Shown: piece after piece, positions 55,201 through 62,650 of the stretch
How positions within the stretch are numbered: the stretch's first letter is position 1
Layout: every line of letters starts with the position of its first letter
IMG/VR virus record: IMGVR_UViG_3300009155_000040
Location: 1-64,000 of that record
Length of the DNA stretch: 64,000 nucleotides
Source of the DNA: a virus
Strand: one strand, 5' to 3'
The notes under the pieces: model-generated
What the model was told of the DNA's origin: nothing
The model's input: only the letters and a program-made list of their open reading frames with translations
The model's database searches: none
Position numbers and translations under genes: made by a program

Positions 55201-57130
55201 TTCCAATTTTATAAGATAAAATTTCTGTTCCAGCAAAGGTTGTTGTAGGGTAATATGCTTCGTCTGAAAAACTTGTGCCGTTTTCATCAAATGCATCAAA
55301 CTTAGGCTGTTGATTGACTTTCGATTTGCTTTGGCTTTGAACCCAATTAGATCCGTTGTAGTGGAACATTGTTCCACCATACTCGTTACCTCTTTTTACA
55401 ATAACGCCTTCGCCAAGTAACGGTTCCGAATCTTCTGTCGCTCTCAGATGTATTTGTGTTCTACCATTGTGATTAATAAATTCAACTTGATAAATTTTAT
55501 TATTTGCTAATATATCGGGGTCTGCAATTACTAAAATTCTTGCGCCTTCAAATAGAAACTCACCGTCTATGTTATAACCTAGACTACCTTCAATAGTAGA
55601 AAATACATCTGTAGTAAAATTGTCAACAAAATCCACAGCCTCTTTGGCTACTGATCCGTGATTGATTAATTTTAAGCCCGGAACAAATTCAATGATAGGA
55701 CGTTTTGCTCTTGCAGCTTCCGAAGCAGGAAAATCCTGACCTCTTGTTTTGTAGGCATTTTCAAGGACTGATCTATGAAACCATCTATTGTAGCGACTCC
55801 ACGGGTTTCTATCCACGCTGCTTCTGCTGATAGTAATGTAGTCTTTCTGTCCGGGATATTGGGTAGCATCATCAAATGGGCCGGTGTCAAAACCGCCATC
55901 GTCAAATAATACTTCTGGAACTGATTTAGAAATAATAGGAACAATTAAATCAGTAAATTTAATTAGAGAAATCTGATCACCAACACCATCAATTACCCAG
56001 CTATCTGTAGAGTATTTGGTTGGCGTCACTGTTCCTGTGAACTCTATCACCATGCCATTAGAAAATTCTACGCCGTTGCTACTGGTGTATGTAGACTTTC
56101 CTAATATTTCTTTTTCTATATTAAGTTCGGTATTTGATTCAATATTTGAAATTACAAATTGACCAAATTTATTAGGATCAATTATACTTTGGTAGTACAA
56201 TACGTCCGGTGCATCGTACGGAACTTCAAAAGTTAATATGCCATTTTCGATTCTATTATTAGTCACACCTTTATTATAATCAGACGGTGTTCCTATTGAT
56301 ACTAATGAAATATATTCCCAATCTTGAGAATCCGTTGTAATTGTGCTGCCATCGCCTGCAGGAATGTCTACTTTAGCTTTCCAAACTTTACTGTCAAATA
56401 TAGTAACTTGGCCTTTAGAATAAGACATTTCTGGCCTAAAGTATAGTGTACCAACATCGTAATTAGTTCTAATTACAAACCCATCATTAGGTGCATCTAT
56501 TTTAAATTTGTAAGTCTGTCCTCTATACAATGTTACCAACGGATTATTTGTATATCCATCAGGGGTGAAGATAAATGACGACCCCGTTCCAAGAGAAACT
56601 TTGTACGAGCTTACAATTCCTTTTGCCTGTCCACTTACAGGAATTGCAGGCGGTCCAGAAGGTTCCCAATAATATTCTCTGTAGTTGATAAACTTGTCCC
56701 AATCGATTGGGGGGTTCCAAGAATAATGCTCTTGGCTGGTTATTAGATCATCTCTTTCATTTTCGTTTCCAAAGAATTTTAATTGATTTTTAAAATCAAG
56801 ATAATCATGAAAACTTTCAATGTCGTTAGAAACTGTATGGGCATGAGTTGTTACTCCGGCGTCTTGATTTTTAATAATTACACCGGGCTCTAGTTGGTAT
56901 CTGCTACGAAGCGTTTGATCAGTATTAAGATAGATATCCGAACCGTTATAGGTTTTTCCATACCTTTTTCCAACGTAACCGACTGTTTTTTGTAAAACTC
57001 CTGGCTGAATTAATGGGTCAATGACTCCAGCCATAAATTTTTCATTAGTTGGTGTTTGAAAAACTTGAGGTAGAAGATCTACAGATCTTCTAATAGGTAA
57101 TCCGCTCTTTGGAAATATTTTGTTTGCCAT
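43217..57130 (-). CDS. Giant 4637-aa baseplate wedge/adhesin protein (gp7-positioned)
   Basis: Directly after gp6-like; contains CBM5/12-like repeats, FG-GAP-like propeller blades, G.GY..AP.V.I.G repeats and C-terminal G-x-G-x3-F repeats. Confidence 0.8.
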   Translation of the reverse strand: MANKIFPKSGLPIRRSVDLLPQVFQTPTNEKFMAGVIDPLIQPGVLQKTVGYVGKRYGKTYNGSDIYLNTDQTLRSRYQLEPGVIIKNQDAGVTTHAHTVSNDIESFHDYLDFKNQLKFFGNENERDDLITSQEHYSWNPPIDWDKFINYREYYWEPSGPPAIPVSGQAKGIVSSYKVSLGTGSSFIFTPDGYTNNPLVTLYRGQTYKFKIDAPNDGFVIRTNYDVGTLYFRPEMSYSKGQVTIFDSKVWKAKVDIPAGDGSTITTDSQDWEYISLVSIGTPSDYNKGVTNNRIENGILTFEVPYDAPDVLYYQSIIDPNKFGQFVISNIESNTELNIEKEILGKSTYTSSNGVEFSNGMVIEFTGTVTPTKYSTDSWVIDGVGDQISLIKFTDLIVPIISKSVPEVLFDDGGFDTGPFDDATQYPGQKDYITISRSSVDRNPWSRYNRWFHRSVLENAYKTRGQDFPASEAARAKRPIIEFVPGLKLINHGSVAKEAVDFVDNFTTDVFSTIEGSLGYNIDGEFLFEGARILVIADPDILANNKIYQVEFINHNGRTQIHLRATEDSEPLLGEGVIVKRGNEYGGTMFHYNGSNWVQSQSKSKVNQQPKFDAFDENGTSFSDEAYYPTTTFAGTEILSYKIGSSTADSELGFSLSYLNIDNIGDIQFNWVWDTESFYYTANQEVFSKSISTGFYQINGNNANGWITTDNSFIQPIIDSTIVTQSTNSVSLNPVDWSLVTDTTLLKINFYLNGVRFTDSYTRAGSTFTFDNTTFADKDVVSVKIITDLEPNEGYYEIPVGLEKNPLNQILTSFTLGQAIDHLLSAVEFTDEFVGALPGVSNLRDIVGYQKNSKRFLKHSGLTPLAINLLTDKTSNIVKSIQYAKKSYTDYKNNFILKATEIDFNENVADFVDDIINELTKTKSENSPFADSDMIGSGAYTSIDYTVDDTGINTFALSEKFGLDTLSRKAVYVYINEQQLLYTKEYEFNSTFGFVILKVQLNRGDQIQIREYVSTAYNHIPPTPSAMGLYKKYTPAKFLDDTYVVPQMVIQGHDGSITVAYDDYRDDLLLELEYRIYNNIKVTYNRDIFNIDDIVGGFYYTTSTYSKAQLDNVVVQEFLKWVQNTNINYTLNEYFDSENSFTYTYTNMADPSGTINLPGYWRGVYQWFYDTDRPHRCPWEMLGFSEQPDWWESEYGPAPYTSGNLLLWEDLRDGIIRQGDRAGTYDRYKRPTIIGHIPVDGDGNLLSPLDSNLAQNFSLINNRGPFVLGDISPAEYAWRSSSEWPFAVVMAMSLLKPFEFINDSFDISKTKINIIGQTVHSETNLFVTPADITLPGVSADLTVGLVKYLAGYVKSRGLELAEYEAKLQNLDVALSTRLSGFADKSQQKYLLDSKSPKSSSSSIFIPSENYDIIFNVSSPISNLTYSGVIIEKTEGGWVLTGYDNIHPYFNYHEARPNKGDPLITVGGVSEDFTDWSQDTNFNNGRIVRYRNDFYRALKTHTSTAEFDATLWKKLPNIPLTGGVEAQRRRSFNTLNPQKLVYGTKLTSIQAVVDFLLGYENYLISVGFKFDNFDPTIKSATNWLTSSKEFMYWTTHNWAIGSLITLSPAAEKIDITMPVGVADNLLDGFYDYQILKDDGKVLPVANINVNRGFQSITVETVNTTNGIYFLKVYFVLKEHVVIFSDRTVFNDVIYDKTTGYRQDRIKTQGFVTVDWDGDYTSPGFLFDNVNIQKWQPFTDYKSGDIVSYRSYNWTSLTNQIGVESFDDTYWTKLDSDPKKQLVSNFDYKINQFEDYFEVSADGLGNNQRNLARHSIGYQEREYLQNLAEDSVTQFQLYQGFIKEKGTANSITKVFDKLSNSAAGSVDLKEEWAFRVGRLGGVDQLREVEMTLNKDSFVINPQPIIIANEISDSISDQYYRVLKTDFTIDPDKYSVDINPTTDDLLLSRTPGYVKTDQVNFIISSRDSILDLDIANFNENDNVWITFDNYSWTVLRYNQSPILIITNITKEKTKVTIELGRFHECKIDDIVGIKDIVNLTGFFKIVSATPRTITVEVSAKAQPPEWDGSSIVNLNLFTEARFANYEQLSPQQAALLKTGSTVWIDNNTTTGWEVIKKKKQFVTKELIDAGIAEPSHLGTRVVYNSLTRQTFASIPDTGYVMVYAQSLNGIGVTQVLTPAESIRPSVTGSFGKAMALSPDGKQLIVGSPLAGSLKSYYKGTFNPLTAYAPNEIVEWDNRLWVAQVSLATPPYPNSTSTVWLPQGIIPVTTSGTSSGFTKQGMISVYHWTGQRWQITNSYLSPRPIDNETFGSEITISQSGTTYYASVAAKAAFGNKGRVYLFKGTTLGDDSVSWEILNIDNTDFALPQQIALGSDGSSVNFDVEIIKDGDEFGTTLATSGDGTVLVVGAPNSDGQYFENYRGWWKSDIIYNQDDVVKYQDNYYQLADSSSEVGVDPSNAGWDDVGDSSAQASGKVFVYKRDTDDKYNLIQTIDAGSLVLIDDTPSVVNSRAIVTSSVDNSIVLKNTTGIVINMPLLVTGVSFGGLISGTTYYVKEILQYGVNGKIKVSRTFGSGVVALTTATGSLEITAGGTPDINVGDQFGYSADLDYTGSTLIISSPKADVNFQNQGSAYVFKTDSLESIEYRLKQKLESFEKYPNEFFGQNVSISSSGNRIAIGSKNTPFTVLAKLDSTKETTFDQGRTRFVERSGYAGGVYVFEKKNDQFFLVEKLEIEASPYESFGYTLDCTDSEIAVGSPDYRAPVNTGSSVLFDGPMIGTVRLFTKDPSVNSWEILEQQKPLVDVRKVKSISMYDTVKNVKVQDIDYVDHSKLKILNSAEKEIKFKTLYDPATYTIGTDNQAVDSTTAWAEKNVGKLWWDLSRVKWKYYEQGDIAYKTSNWNGLVEGSSVDVYEWVQTRLLPSEWSIVADTTEGLALGISGQPKYPDDTVYSVKELYNPTTGEISGTLYFYWVKNKTTVPENMPGREISSATVSSYITNPAASGIAHIALIDSDKFIAYNFKSIMSSDTAVLNIQYFKNSDKLNPIHNEYQLLTEDHILSRPTEALETKWLDSLIGVDSQGGPVPDPNLPAKQKYGLSFRPRQSMFVNRAPILKIIVTKVNEFLLQQPWADQILIEDLNLIDMPPDQALNLYDQAVDTYEALQTVGTTRVKQATLRVNISNNQISSIDILDPGFGYRVTPAVSIYGDGNGASATAVLDNQGRIASVTVVSKGKKYSEATASVRQFAVLVTSDETTKGFWGIYSWDNERQTFYRSRAQAFDTTRYGYAYDWWAEGYSIKTRITTEIPDISYEPLLTTKIGDLIRAKQYDTGDWAVFERVSDSAEFFARYKLVGRGTGTIQLAESLWNNKLSGIGFDNTVSFDTDSYDIDNSKELRIILQRIKEFLFIGEYENEWNKLFFTSVRYALAEQQYIDWAFKTSFLNATHYVGELKEKLNYKNDNLESYQEYINEVKPYRTTIREYISNYEKIDRVGSANTDFDLPPTFSVAEGKILPVTASDETSLAYPWRSWLDNHTYEIVSIKISNPGSGYVQAPNVLITGDGTGVVAKAYISNGKVSGVSIINSGTGFTSAPTISLVGGNGSSDNTATAVAIIGNTKARTFNLGIKFDRFTKTGLLSSLDNFQQFRANGYSATFELAYAPTRDKSQIQVLKNNQVVLSNEYNITLFKSSTDTFSLLKGKIIFTEVPAGPNVATGYLGDLIEIYYVKNDELLDSVNRISKYYYPLTGMKGKDLGQLMTGIDYGGVQVQGTTFDVTGGWDALPWFTDAWDSVESSADFYVVCDGSTTNITLPFTPLDGKEINVYLKRTGSGLGRSPKTIQTLGDDTAPTVVYEPIISNQPTVRIDGVVGTDPNALMPTFIGDGSTKVVEIGEYVHTNAGDTLIFRTVDSDGSVTINDTNLLDTKLSGGSFAAMGPAYITATGTRAEDITIDGGKLIGPDQVPAPEENIPGQILDSVSIKVFTTDSDGAAPLQTKTLVGNGSDTIFKIGLNIFESNSLLVYVDKNKKEYQGTSSFDYSIDFVSNEVLFNTAPTTGMLIELISFGIGGVALLDYQEFIADGETNLFLTNANFKDTDMVSVSVNGIYEDTGFINSTNVVDTLEKTLIQFGTTPLANSVIKILSIGPGATSSGIVRVHSQEFEFEGSTRSFEIADLSIQSKGSVVASVVVELNGTILQGVDTISAIYDGVTNTFVIGVDPLEGAGTVLSSNIKVFVNNELTEFVKDYIYNGPTKQLIITKDMSEGDTIKIENDFRAEYTISTDSTATILTLNSTLPMSTTNETDNDIIKITWFSEYPSMEIVSDEYVGGKINYQLGFAPLDASYVWVYKNGERLVQDREFYVSLPRGVVYLKDSTTTDDTIKIVLFGSKIYRSPSAYEIHKDMLNGYSFKRYSVDSTVTLTKELTYYDQEIVVTDASTLSEPMRERNIPGTLIINSERIEYLQKTGNTLTQLRRGVSGTAIAPIHSAGSFVVDIGRNETIPYKESQNKLDFISDGSTLLVGPLDFIPTKSSRIWTTATTVTIPEEYGPCDEFEVFAGGERLRKDSLQVYDESLGASSPSSDVVLEADFSVDGVSPYIRLTSKIPAGTRISIIKKVGNIWYEKGATTVSKGITLLENSTPIAAFIAKKTTRLPE

Positions 57131-57132
57131 CT

Positions 57133-60100
57133 TTAAGTACTCGATACTATAGAATTAACATCTGCCCTAACTTCAATTGCTGTAATAGCTTTTACTATTT
57201 CAACATCGTCAACTGTTGCACCGCTGACAAAAATTTCGTCAGCTCTGCTTTGTATTTCAAAAAGACTACCAAATGCTTGGCTAGACTGTTTTGGGATTAT
57301 AATCATGTTGCTTACATCCGGAGTTACTGAATTAATTACATAGGTAACCAATTCACTAAGGTAGAAGCGATCTCCAAAATCCCAATTGTTAATATCAAAA
57401 AATGTGTTAACAGCTGAAATAATTCTAACCTTTAGATCATTATCGTTAATCGATTGTGATGGATTTTTAACCACTTTAAATGTTGCTTGTAATTTTTGAT
57501 CAGCTTTAGATCCAAACAAAATTTTATATTTTACAGGATGATAGATAATTTCATCGCTGATAGATTTAATAGAATCTAATGTAGATCCATAATTAATTCG
57601 TAATTGATCAGTTGTCGGCGGAGACGGTTCTGTTGAGCCTCCAGCAATGTATGTTCTAAATGCGGTATCATAATTTCGAGTTAACAAGAATATATCAATT
57701 ATGTTGCTAGAACTTGGATCAATTCTTCTGTTAACACTGGCATTGTGAATGTATTGGAATTTCAAACCTTGTCTTCCAACGTATGCTTTGTATGACGGTT
57801 GTAAAATAAATGTATTTGTAGCTGTGTCAATAGACATAATTCTATCTTCGTTGCTGTCATAAAAATATACCAAGTCGCCGTCGGTGATAGCTGTTCCGTC
57901 TGGCCAAGTTACAAAATCAGTAACTGATGTTTGTTTTAAGAAGAGGCGTATTTTTGTGACAGAAGTGTCAACTAACACATCTGATACATTTCCATAAGTA
58001 TCTGCTGTTTCTTTAAAAAACAAATAGCCTAGATCGATATCCTGCCCTGCAACTTCAATAAAAGATTCTGGGTCGTCAATAACTCCATCATCGTCGCCAT
58101 CTTTAAATGCTACCTGTATTTCTGTTGAACTTTCAAACCCGTCTTCAAATTTTATAGTGTCAACAATTTCGAAAGAATAGTCGCGATTTAAAGACGAAGT
58201 TCCGTCGCTGGTAGGATTGATACTCAATACCTTAACTTGATCTTTTACCACATTGCCTAATCGATCATTATATTGTTTTTCACTAGAATCAAAATAAAAT
58301 CTGTTCTGCTCAACGCTACCAAAGATATATTCAATAGATCTAATACGAATCAAATACTGATCGGCTTCTTTTACAAATGCAATCAGCCACGATGAATCAA
58401 GATTGTTATCTGTAGTATCGCCAGCTTTACCTAAAGTAAAATTATTTGAAAAGTTTACGTTAGATGCTGAAATTATTTTCCATGTAGTTGTAGCAATGTC
58501 GTATCGAACGCCAAAGTTTAAATTTTGATAGATTTGATTTACTAGTTCATTTTCTAATGCGGGGGGTAAATCGTTAATAAATTTAGGGATAATTTGTACT
58601 GCAACTGCTCCAGACGGAATAACATCACTAAATGTAATTGCTCCGATTCCGCTTGGCAGTGTGCCAACTCCGTTGGCAGTACCGTCACCAACTACTTGCA
58701 CAGCCTTGGTCCATATTCTAGTTGTTTGATATGGATCTGCTGCATTATACGTAACCAATGCACCATTTTTAAAAGCATATCCTGTCGGTGGTACAAATTT
58801 AATTAAAGTATCTTTGGCCATATACTTCAAACTGTTTGTTGAATATGAACCAACTCTTAATTTTGAACTGTCAACAAAATTATAAAAATATCCGGTAGAC
58901 ATGTTTATATCTGTTGTAATCGATTCCCAGCGAATATTGGTGTCACCAAATAAAATTTTATCAAATTTAGTTAGATAATAATTGTATACGTAGTCCTGAT
59001 TAATCAGAACCTCGTAGGCTTGTCTAATATAATTGATAATGTCAACTCTGCTGGCAAATTTAAAAGTTTGAGTTTTTTCAGATTCTTTTTTGTAAATGTA
59101 ACCATCGTCGGCAAATACTGTCACCGAGCTGTATTTTCCAGAAGCATCAATAATTTCGTAGTTTCTTGAAATTCCGCTAGAGGTTCTATTAATAGATTTA
59201 ATTTTAATAATATCTTGACTGCTTGACAATGGAGCAAGATTATAGTCTTCTCCAGTAATCATTCTATTTTGTGTATAGTAAAGCGCCGGAGCATTAGTTC
59301 TAATAGTATCTATGTCTTCGGAAGGTGCTGCAGACGAAACTGAAGATTGTAATGCAAGGTTGATAGATACTGTATGTCTAGTTCCTTGTTTATTAACGTA
59401 AGGAATAGCAATTGTAATTCCTCTAAGTTCATTAGGGGCAACGATATATGAAAGACCGTTACTTACTCTATAATAAACTCTGAATGTACCTTGCGGCAAA
59501 TTACCATAAACGCCGTCTGCAAAAATAAGATCAATCTTGTCAGATTCTTTTGTTTGTACAGCATAAATGTTTCTAATATTTTGTGATACGCTGTTATATG
59601 CAATATTGTTGCCAACTAAATTAGCAACCTGTGTCCATTGATCTAATTGTACACCACCCGAACTCAATTTAAACAACCACACATCATCATTATTGATGTT
59701 TGCGCTGTCTACGGCAATTTTTTCATTGGTGGTAGGAACATCAATAGCAAAGTCAGCAAGCTCTAAACTTCCTTGCTTGAACATCAAATAAAATCCGGTG
59801 TTAGCAGATCCAGGTCCACTGCCATCATTTCTGTAAATATATCCTAACTGATTACCGGGCACCGGAGCTTCTTCATACGGTGCTTGAGCATTTTTAAAAG
59901 AAGTTGAAACAACTTCAAATACCATGGCGCGGCCTGCAACAGTTTTGCTAAAAGAATAGATTGGCACGTCTGTTGATATCGAATTAAATCTATATTGTTC
60001 TGTGAGAATTCCTTGAATCGTTGCAGAACCTTGGCTACGACCAAATTCTGTATTGCTTGCCATTGAAGCATTCAATATGATAATAAACTGTTCTAGCCAG

Positions 60101-60552
60101 TTTGAATTTGTAGGATCGTTCCAAGAAATAATTTGTTGGGCAAGATTTTTTCCGTTGCTGTCAACTATGCTTTCTGTTGTTGACACCGAAGTAAATTTTA
60201 ATAAACCAGCTGCTGGCTTATTTCTTTTAGGATTATATCCTAGCATTCTAGCTAGGCGTAAAACAGAATCTTTACGTTCTGCAAGTTCAATAAAGTTTTC
60301 TCTGCTGGCTAGATCAATCCTAAAAGCCAGGCTTTGTCCTAAAAATGCAACAGCATCAATTAGTGCTAGATACTCTGAACTTTCAATATAATCATTAAAA
60401 TCTTCTGGGTAATTTTCACGCAAATAAGTGATCATAACCCTACGTAGATTTTCAAAGTCGTAAGATTTAAAATCAGCATTCTTAAATGTCTGATATATTC
60501 TTGTCCAATCTTGATTAAGAATTAGATTGTTTTGTCTAGCGGTTGTTGTCAT
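57133..60552 (-). CDS. Baseplate wedge subunit (T4 gp6-like)
   Basis: DFKSYDFENLR…YL…DFNDY.ESS…A.RKDSVLRLARMLGY.P; QNRMITGEDY. Confidence 0.85.
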   Translation of the reverse strand: MTTTARQNNLILNQDWTRIYQTFKNADFKSYDFENLRRVMITYLRENYPEDFNDYIESSEYLALIDAVAFLGQSLAFRIDLASRENFIELAERKDSVLRLARMLGYNPKRNKPAAGLLKFTSVSTTESIVDSNGKNLAQQIISWNDPTNSNWLEQFIIILNASMASNTEFGRSQGSATIQGILTEQYRFNSISTDVPIYSFSKTVAGRAMVFEVVSTSFKNAQAPYEEAPVPGNQLGYIYRNDGSGPGSANTGFYLMFKQGSLELADFAIDVPTTNEKIAVDSANINNDDVWLFKLSSGGVQLDQWTQVANLVGNNIAYNSVSQNIRNIYAVQTKESDKIDLIFADGVYGNLPQGTFRVYYRVSNGLSYIVAPNELRGITIAIPYVNKQGTRHTVSINLALQSSVSSAAPSEDIDTIRTNAPALYYTQNRMITGEDYNLAPLSSSQDIIKIKSINRTSSGISRNYEIIDASGKYSSVTVFADDGYIYKKESEKTQTFKFASRVDIINYIRQAYEVLINQDYVYNYYLTKFDKILFGDTNIRWESITTDINMSTGYFYNFVDSSKLRVGSYSTNSLKYMAKDTLIKFVPPTGYAFKNGALVTYNAADPYQTTRIWTKAVQVVGDGTANGVGTLPSGIGAITFSDVIPSGAVAVQIIPKFINDLPPALENELVNQIYQNLNFGVRYDIATTTWKIISASNVNFSNNFTLGKAGDTTDNNLDSSWLIAFVKEADQYLIRIRSIEYIFGSVEQNRFYFDSSEKQYNDRLGNVVKDQVKVLSINPTSDGTSSLNRDYSFEIVDTIKFEDGFESSTEIQVAFKDGDDDGVIDDPESFIEVAGQDIDLGYLFFKETADTYGNVSDVLVDTSVTKIRLFLKQTSVTDFVTWPDGTAITDGDLVYFYDSNEDRIMSIDTATNTFILQPSYKAYVGRQGLKFQYIHNASVNRRIDPSSSNIIDIFLLTRNYDTAFRTYIAGGSTEPSPPTTDQLRINYGSTLDSIKSISDEIIYHPVKYKILFGSKADQKLQATFKVVKNPSQSINDNDLKVRIISAVNTFFDINNWDFGDRFYLSELVTYVINSVTPDVSNMIIIPKQSSQAFGSLFEIQSRADEIFVSGATVDDVEIVKAITAIEVRADVNSIVSST

Positions 60553-60593
60553 TTTTCTTCCCTATATCATATTTACCAAACAAAATTAACTGC

Positions 60594-61034
60594 TTAGTTT
60601 ATGACTGAACGTTGTTTATCGAAGTCAAACGTCATTCTTTCGTTAACATTAAATGGAATATAAGTTATGTCTGCTTCAATCCTAATACCTTGGTCTGTTG
60701 AATCAACTGTTACCGCATTTACCACAACACGAGGATCATAATTTACAATATCTTCAACATCTTTGGCAATGATTGTTTTAACTTCTTCTGTAAATGGTTC
60801 AAATAAAATGTCCCATATTACTGTGCCAAATTCTGGATTTTCTAACTTCTCTCCCTTTCGAATATAAAAATTATTAATGATATCTTGTTTTACCAGATCA
60901 ATATCATAAAGTTTATAATTCCTTTTATATTCTTTTGAGCTAAATCCTTTATAGGCAAATGCTCCGGAGTTGGCGTCGCCAACTGATGCTTTGTTTACTG
61001 CAACTGTTTTATTATTGTAAAGTTTAGTTGACAT
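60594..61034 (-). CDS. Baseplate wedge subunit (T4 gp25-like)
   Basis: YKGFSS…LYDIDLVKQDI.N…RKGE…PEFGT.IWD.LFEP…YDPR. Confidence 0.88.
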   Translation of the reverse strand: MSTKLYNNKTVAVNKASVGDANSGAFAYKGFSSKEYKRNYKLYDIDLVKQDIINNFYIRKGEKLENPEFGTVIWDILFEPFTEEVKTIIAKDVEDIVNYDPRVVVNAVTVDSTDQGIRIEADITYIPFNVNERMTFDFDKQRSVIN

Positions 61035-62650
61035 TATTGAACCTCTCTATCCGTGTTTGCCGGAGTTAATAGTTGTGGCGTTTGATTCTCATGCAATATC
61101 CATGGCTCGTGCATTGGGATGCGTTTCATAATACTAGAAATAGCAGCCTCTTGATATTTGGCTTCTGCCCAATCAGTGGCCGTGCTTGTTTTTGGATTTT
61201 GATGAAGATTCAACGGATTTATAGCTACTGCTTTTGTTGCTGTTCTAGCCACTGGTCCGTTCATATCGATCCTTGCCGCAGTTTCTGTATGATTTCCACC
61301 GCTCTTGATATCTGTAGTTGTGCCTGCTGTAAACTTGTTGCTGGTTCCAGAGTTTAAATCAAACGATGCCGATGTTGTGATTTTTGTGCTGCCGCCAATG
61401 ACATGTTCGTAGTTTCCACCAAGTGTAATTTTTCCATTTGATCCAACTGTGACTAAAAGTTCTGTTGCTATGTCCATTTGCATACGACCGCTCTCTGTGT
61501 GCAGATTAATATTTCTACCTGCTTCCATATTGATGTCTCTATCGGCTTTGATGTTTAAATCATTTTCAGAGTGAATGCTGATAGAGTCTTTTGCAAAAAT
61601 ATCTATCTTTCCATTAGCTGTGAGTTCAATCCACGTTGTGCCTTTGCTGTTGGCAATGTAAATCAAATCTTCTGAATTGTGCATCAATATCTGATGGCCA
61701 GTCCTTGTGCGGATACGGAAATACTCATTATAAGGAATTGTTGGTTCGCCTTTGTCGTTTGTTTTATCTGTTGAACCGACGTATGTTCCGTTTAACACAT
61801 CAACATATTTCATAGGACCAGACGAAGCAGGAGTTGATCTAACATATCTATCATCGCCATCATCCATTACAAATGTGGTTCCTCCTAATCTACTAACAGG
61901 AACCGTCGCTGGCGACTGGTCGTCGGTTTTGCCGATGAATGCTTTTTTTGCTCCGGCTTGTCGATCTACAGGACCAGGAGTTGAAATTCCAAATACCATG
62001 CTCGGTGCTTCTCTGCGAGCTGACGATGTTGTAACTCCGCGGATATCGTCTTCTAATAATCCTTGCTCTACAAATCTATCAACTATAGGATGCAAAGGTT
62101 TTTTAATTTTTTCAACATCGTCAATTTGATTTTTAGAATTTAATCGCTTGTTCATTTCTGCAACAGGCAAAGGCTGTTTTGTGTTAAGACGTTTTTTATC
62201 GTCGTCGTCTAGGTCAACATTTGTTGATCCAGCAATCGCTGGAACCATGTTGTTGATGAATCTTCCAGGAACACAGCCCATCCAGAAACCTTGGCTCGGG
62301 TCTCCGTTGACAAAAAATACAAGAACTGTAACTCCGATATCTGGTGGTACCATCCACCATCCATAGCTTTTTTGAGTATCGTTATATGCTTCAACAGTTT
62401 TAGCGCCATCTGCCGCAGAGTTATTCCCCATATATTCAAATGGAGTATATCCAAAGAAAGGAGATGCTCCTTGAACAACATACGTTTGATCGTTATCGGC
62501 GTTGGCGTTTCCTTGCTCTCTTAATAGGGTAACCTCAAGGCTTCCCATAAAGCTAGGATCTAAATGACTGACAATTCTAGCAAGATACGGGCCTGCACCG
62601 ATATTATTATTTTCGGTCTTACTTGCTACGGTTCTACGTTGTTGAGCCAT
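61034..62650 (-). CDS. Baseplate central spike (gp5/VgrG-like, no lysozyme domain seen)
   Basis: N-terminal OB fold (GPYLARIV…PPDIG..VLV.FVNGD…FW.GC), RTRTGHQI, then beta-helix repeats. Confidence 0.8.
   Translation of the reverse strand: MAQQRRTVASKTENNNIGAGPYLARIVSHLDPSFMGSLEVTLLREQGNANADNDQTYVVQGASPFFGYTPFEYMGNNSAADGAKTVEAYNDTQKSYGWWMVPPDIGVTVLVFFVNGDPSQGFWMGCVPGRFINNMVPAIAGSTNVDLDDDDKKRLNTKQPLPVAEMNKRLNSKNQIDDVEKIKKPLHPIVDRFVEQGLLEDDIRGVTTSSARREAPSMVFGISTPGPVDRQAGAKKAFIGKTDDQSPATVPVSRLGGTTFVMDDGDDRYVRSTPASSGPMKYVDVLNGTYVGSTDKTNDKGEPTIPYNEYFRIRTRTGHQILMHNSEDLIYIANSKGTTWIELTANGKIDIFAKDSISIHSENDLNIKADRDINMEAGRNINLHTESGRMQMDIATELLVTVGSNGKITLGGNYEHVIGGSTKITTSASFDLNSGTSNKFTAGTTTDIKSGGNHTETAARIDMNGPVARTATKAVAINPLNLHQNPKTSTATDWAEAKYQEAAISSIMKRIPMHEPWILHENQTPQLLTPANTDREVQ

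Noticed and set aside
726-62524. Numerous short antisense or out-of-frame ORFs in the ORF track (e.g. 808-1119, 4964-5362, 37770-38282, 38655-39311)
   Set aside because: They lie wholly within well-supported genes, lack SDs and motifs, and are expected shadows of biased codon usage
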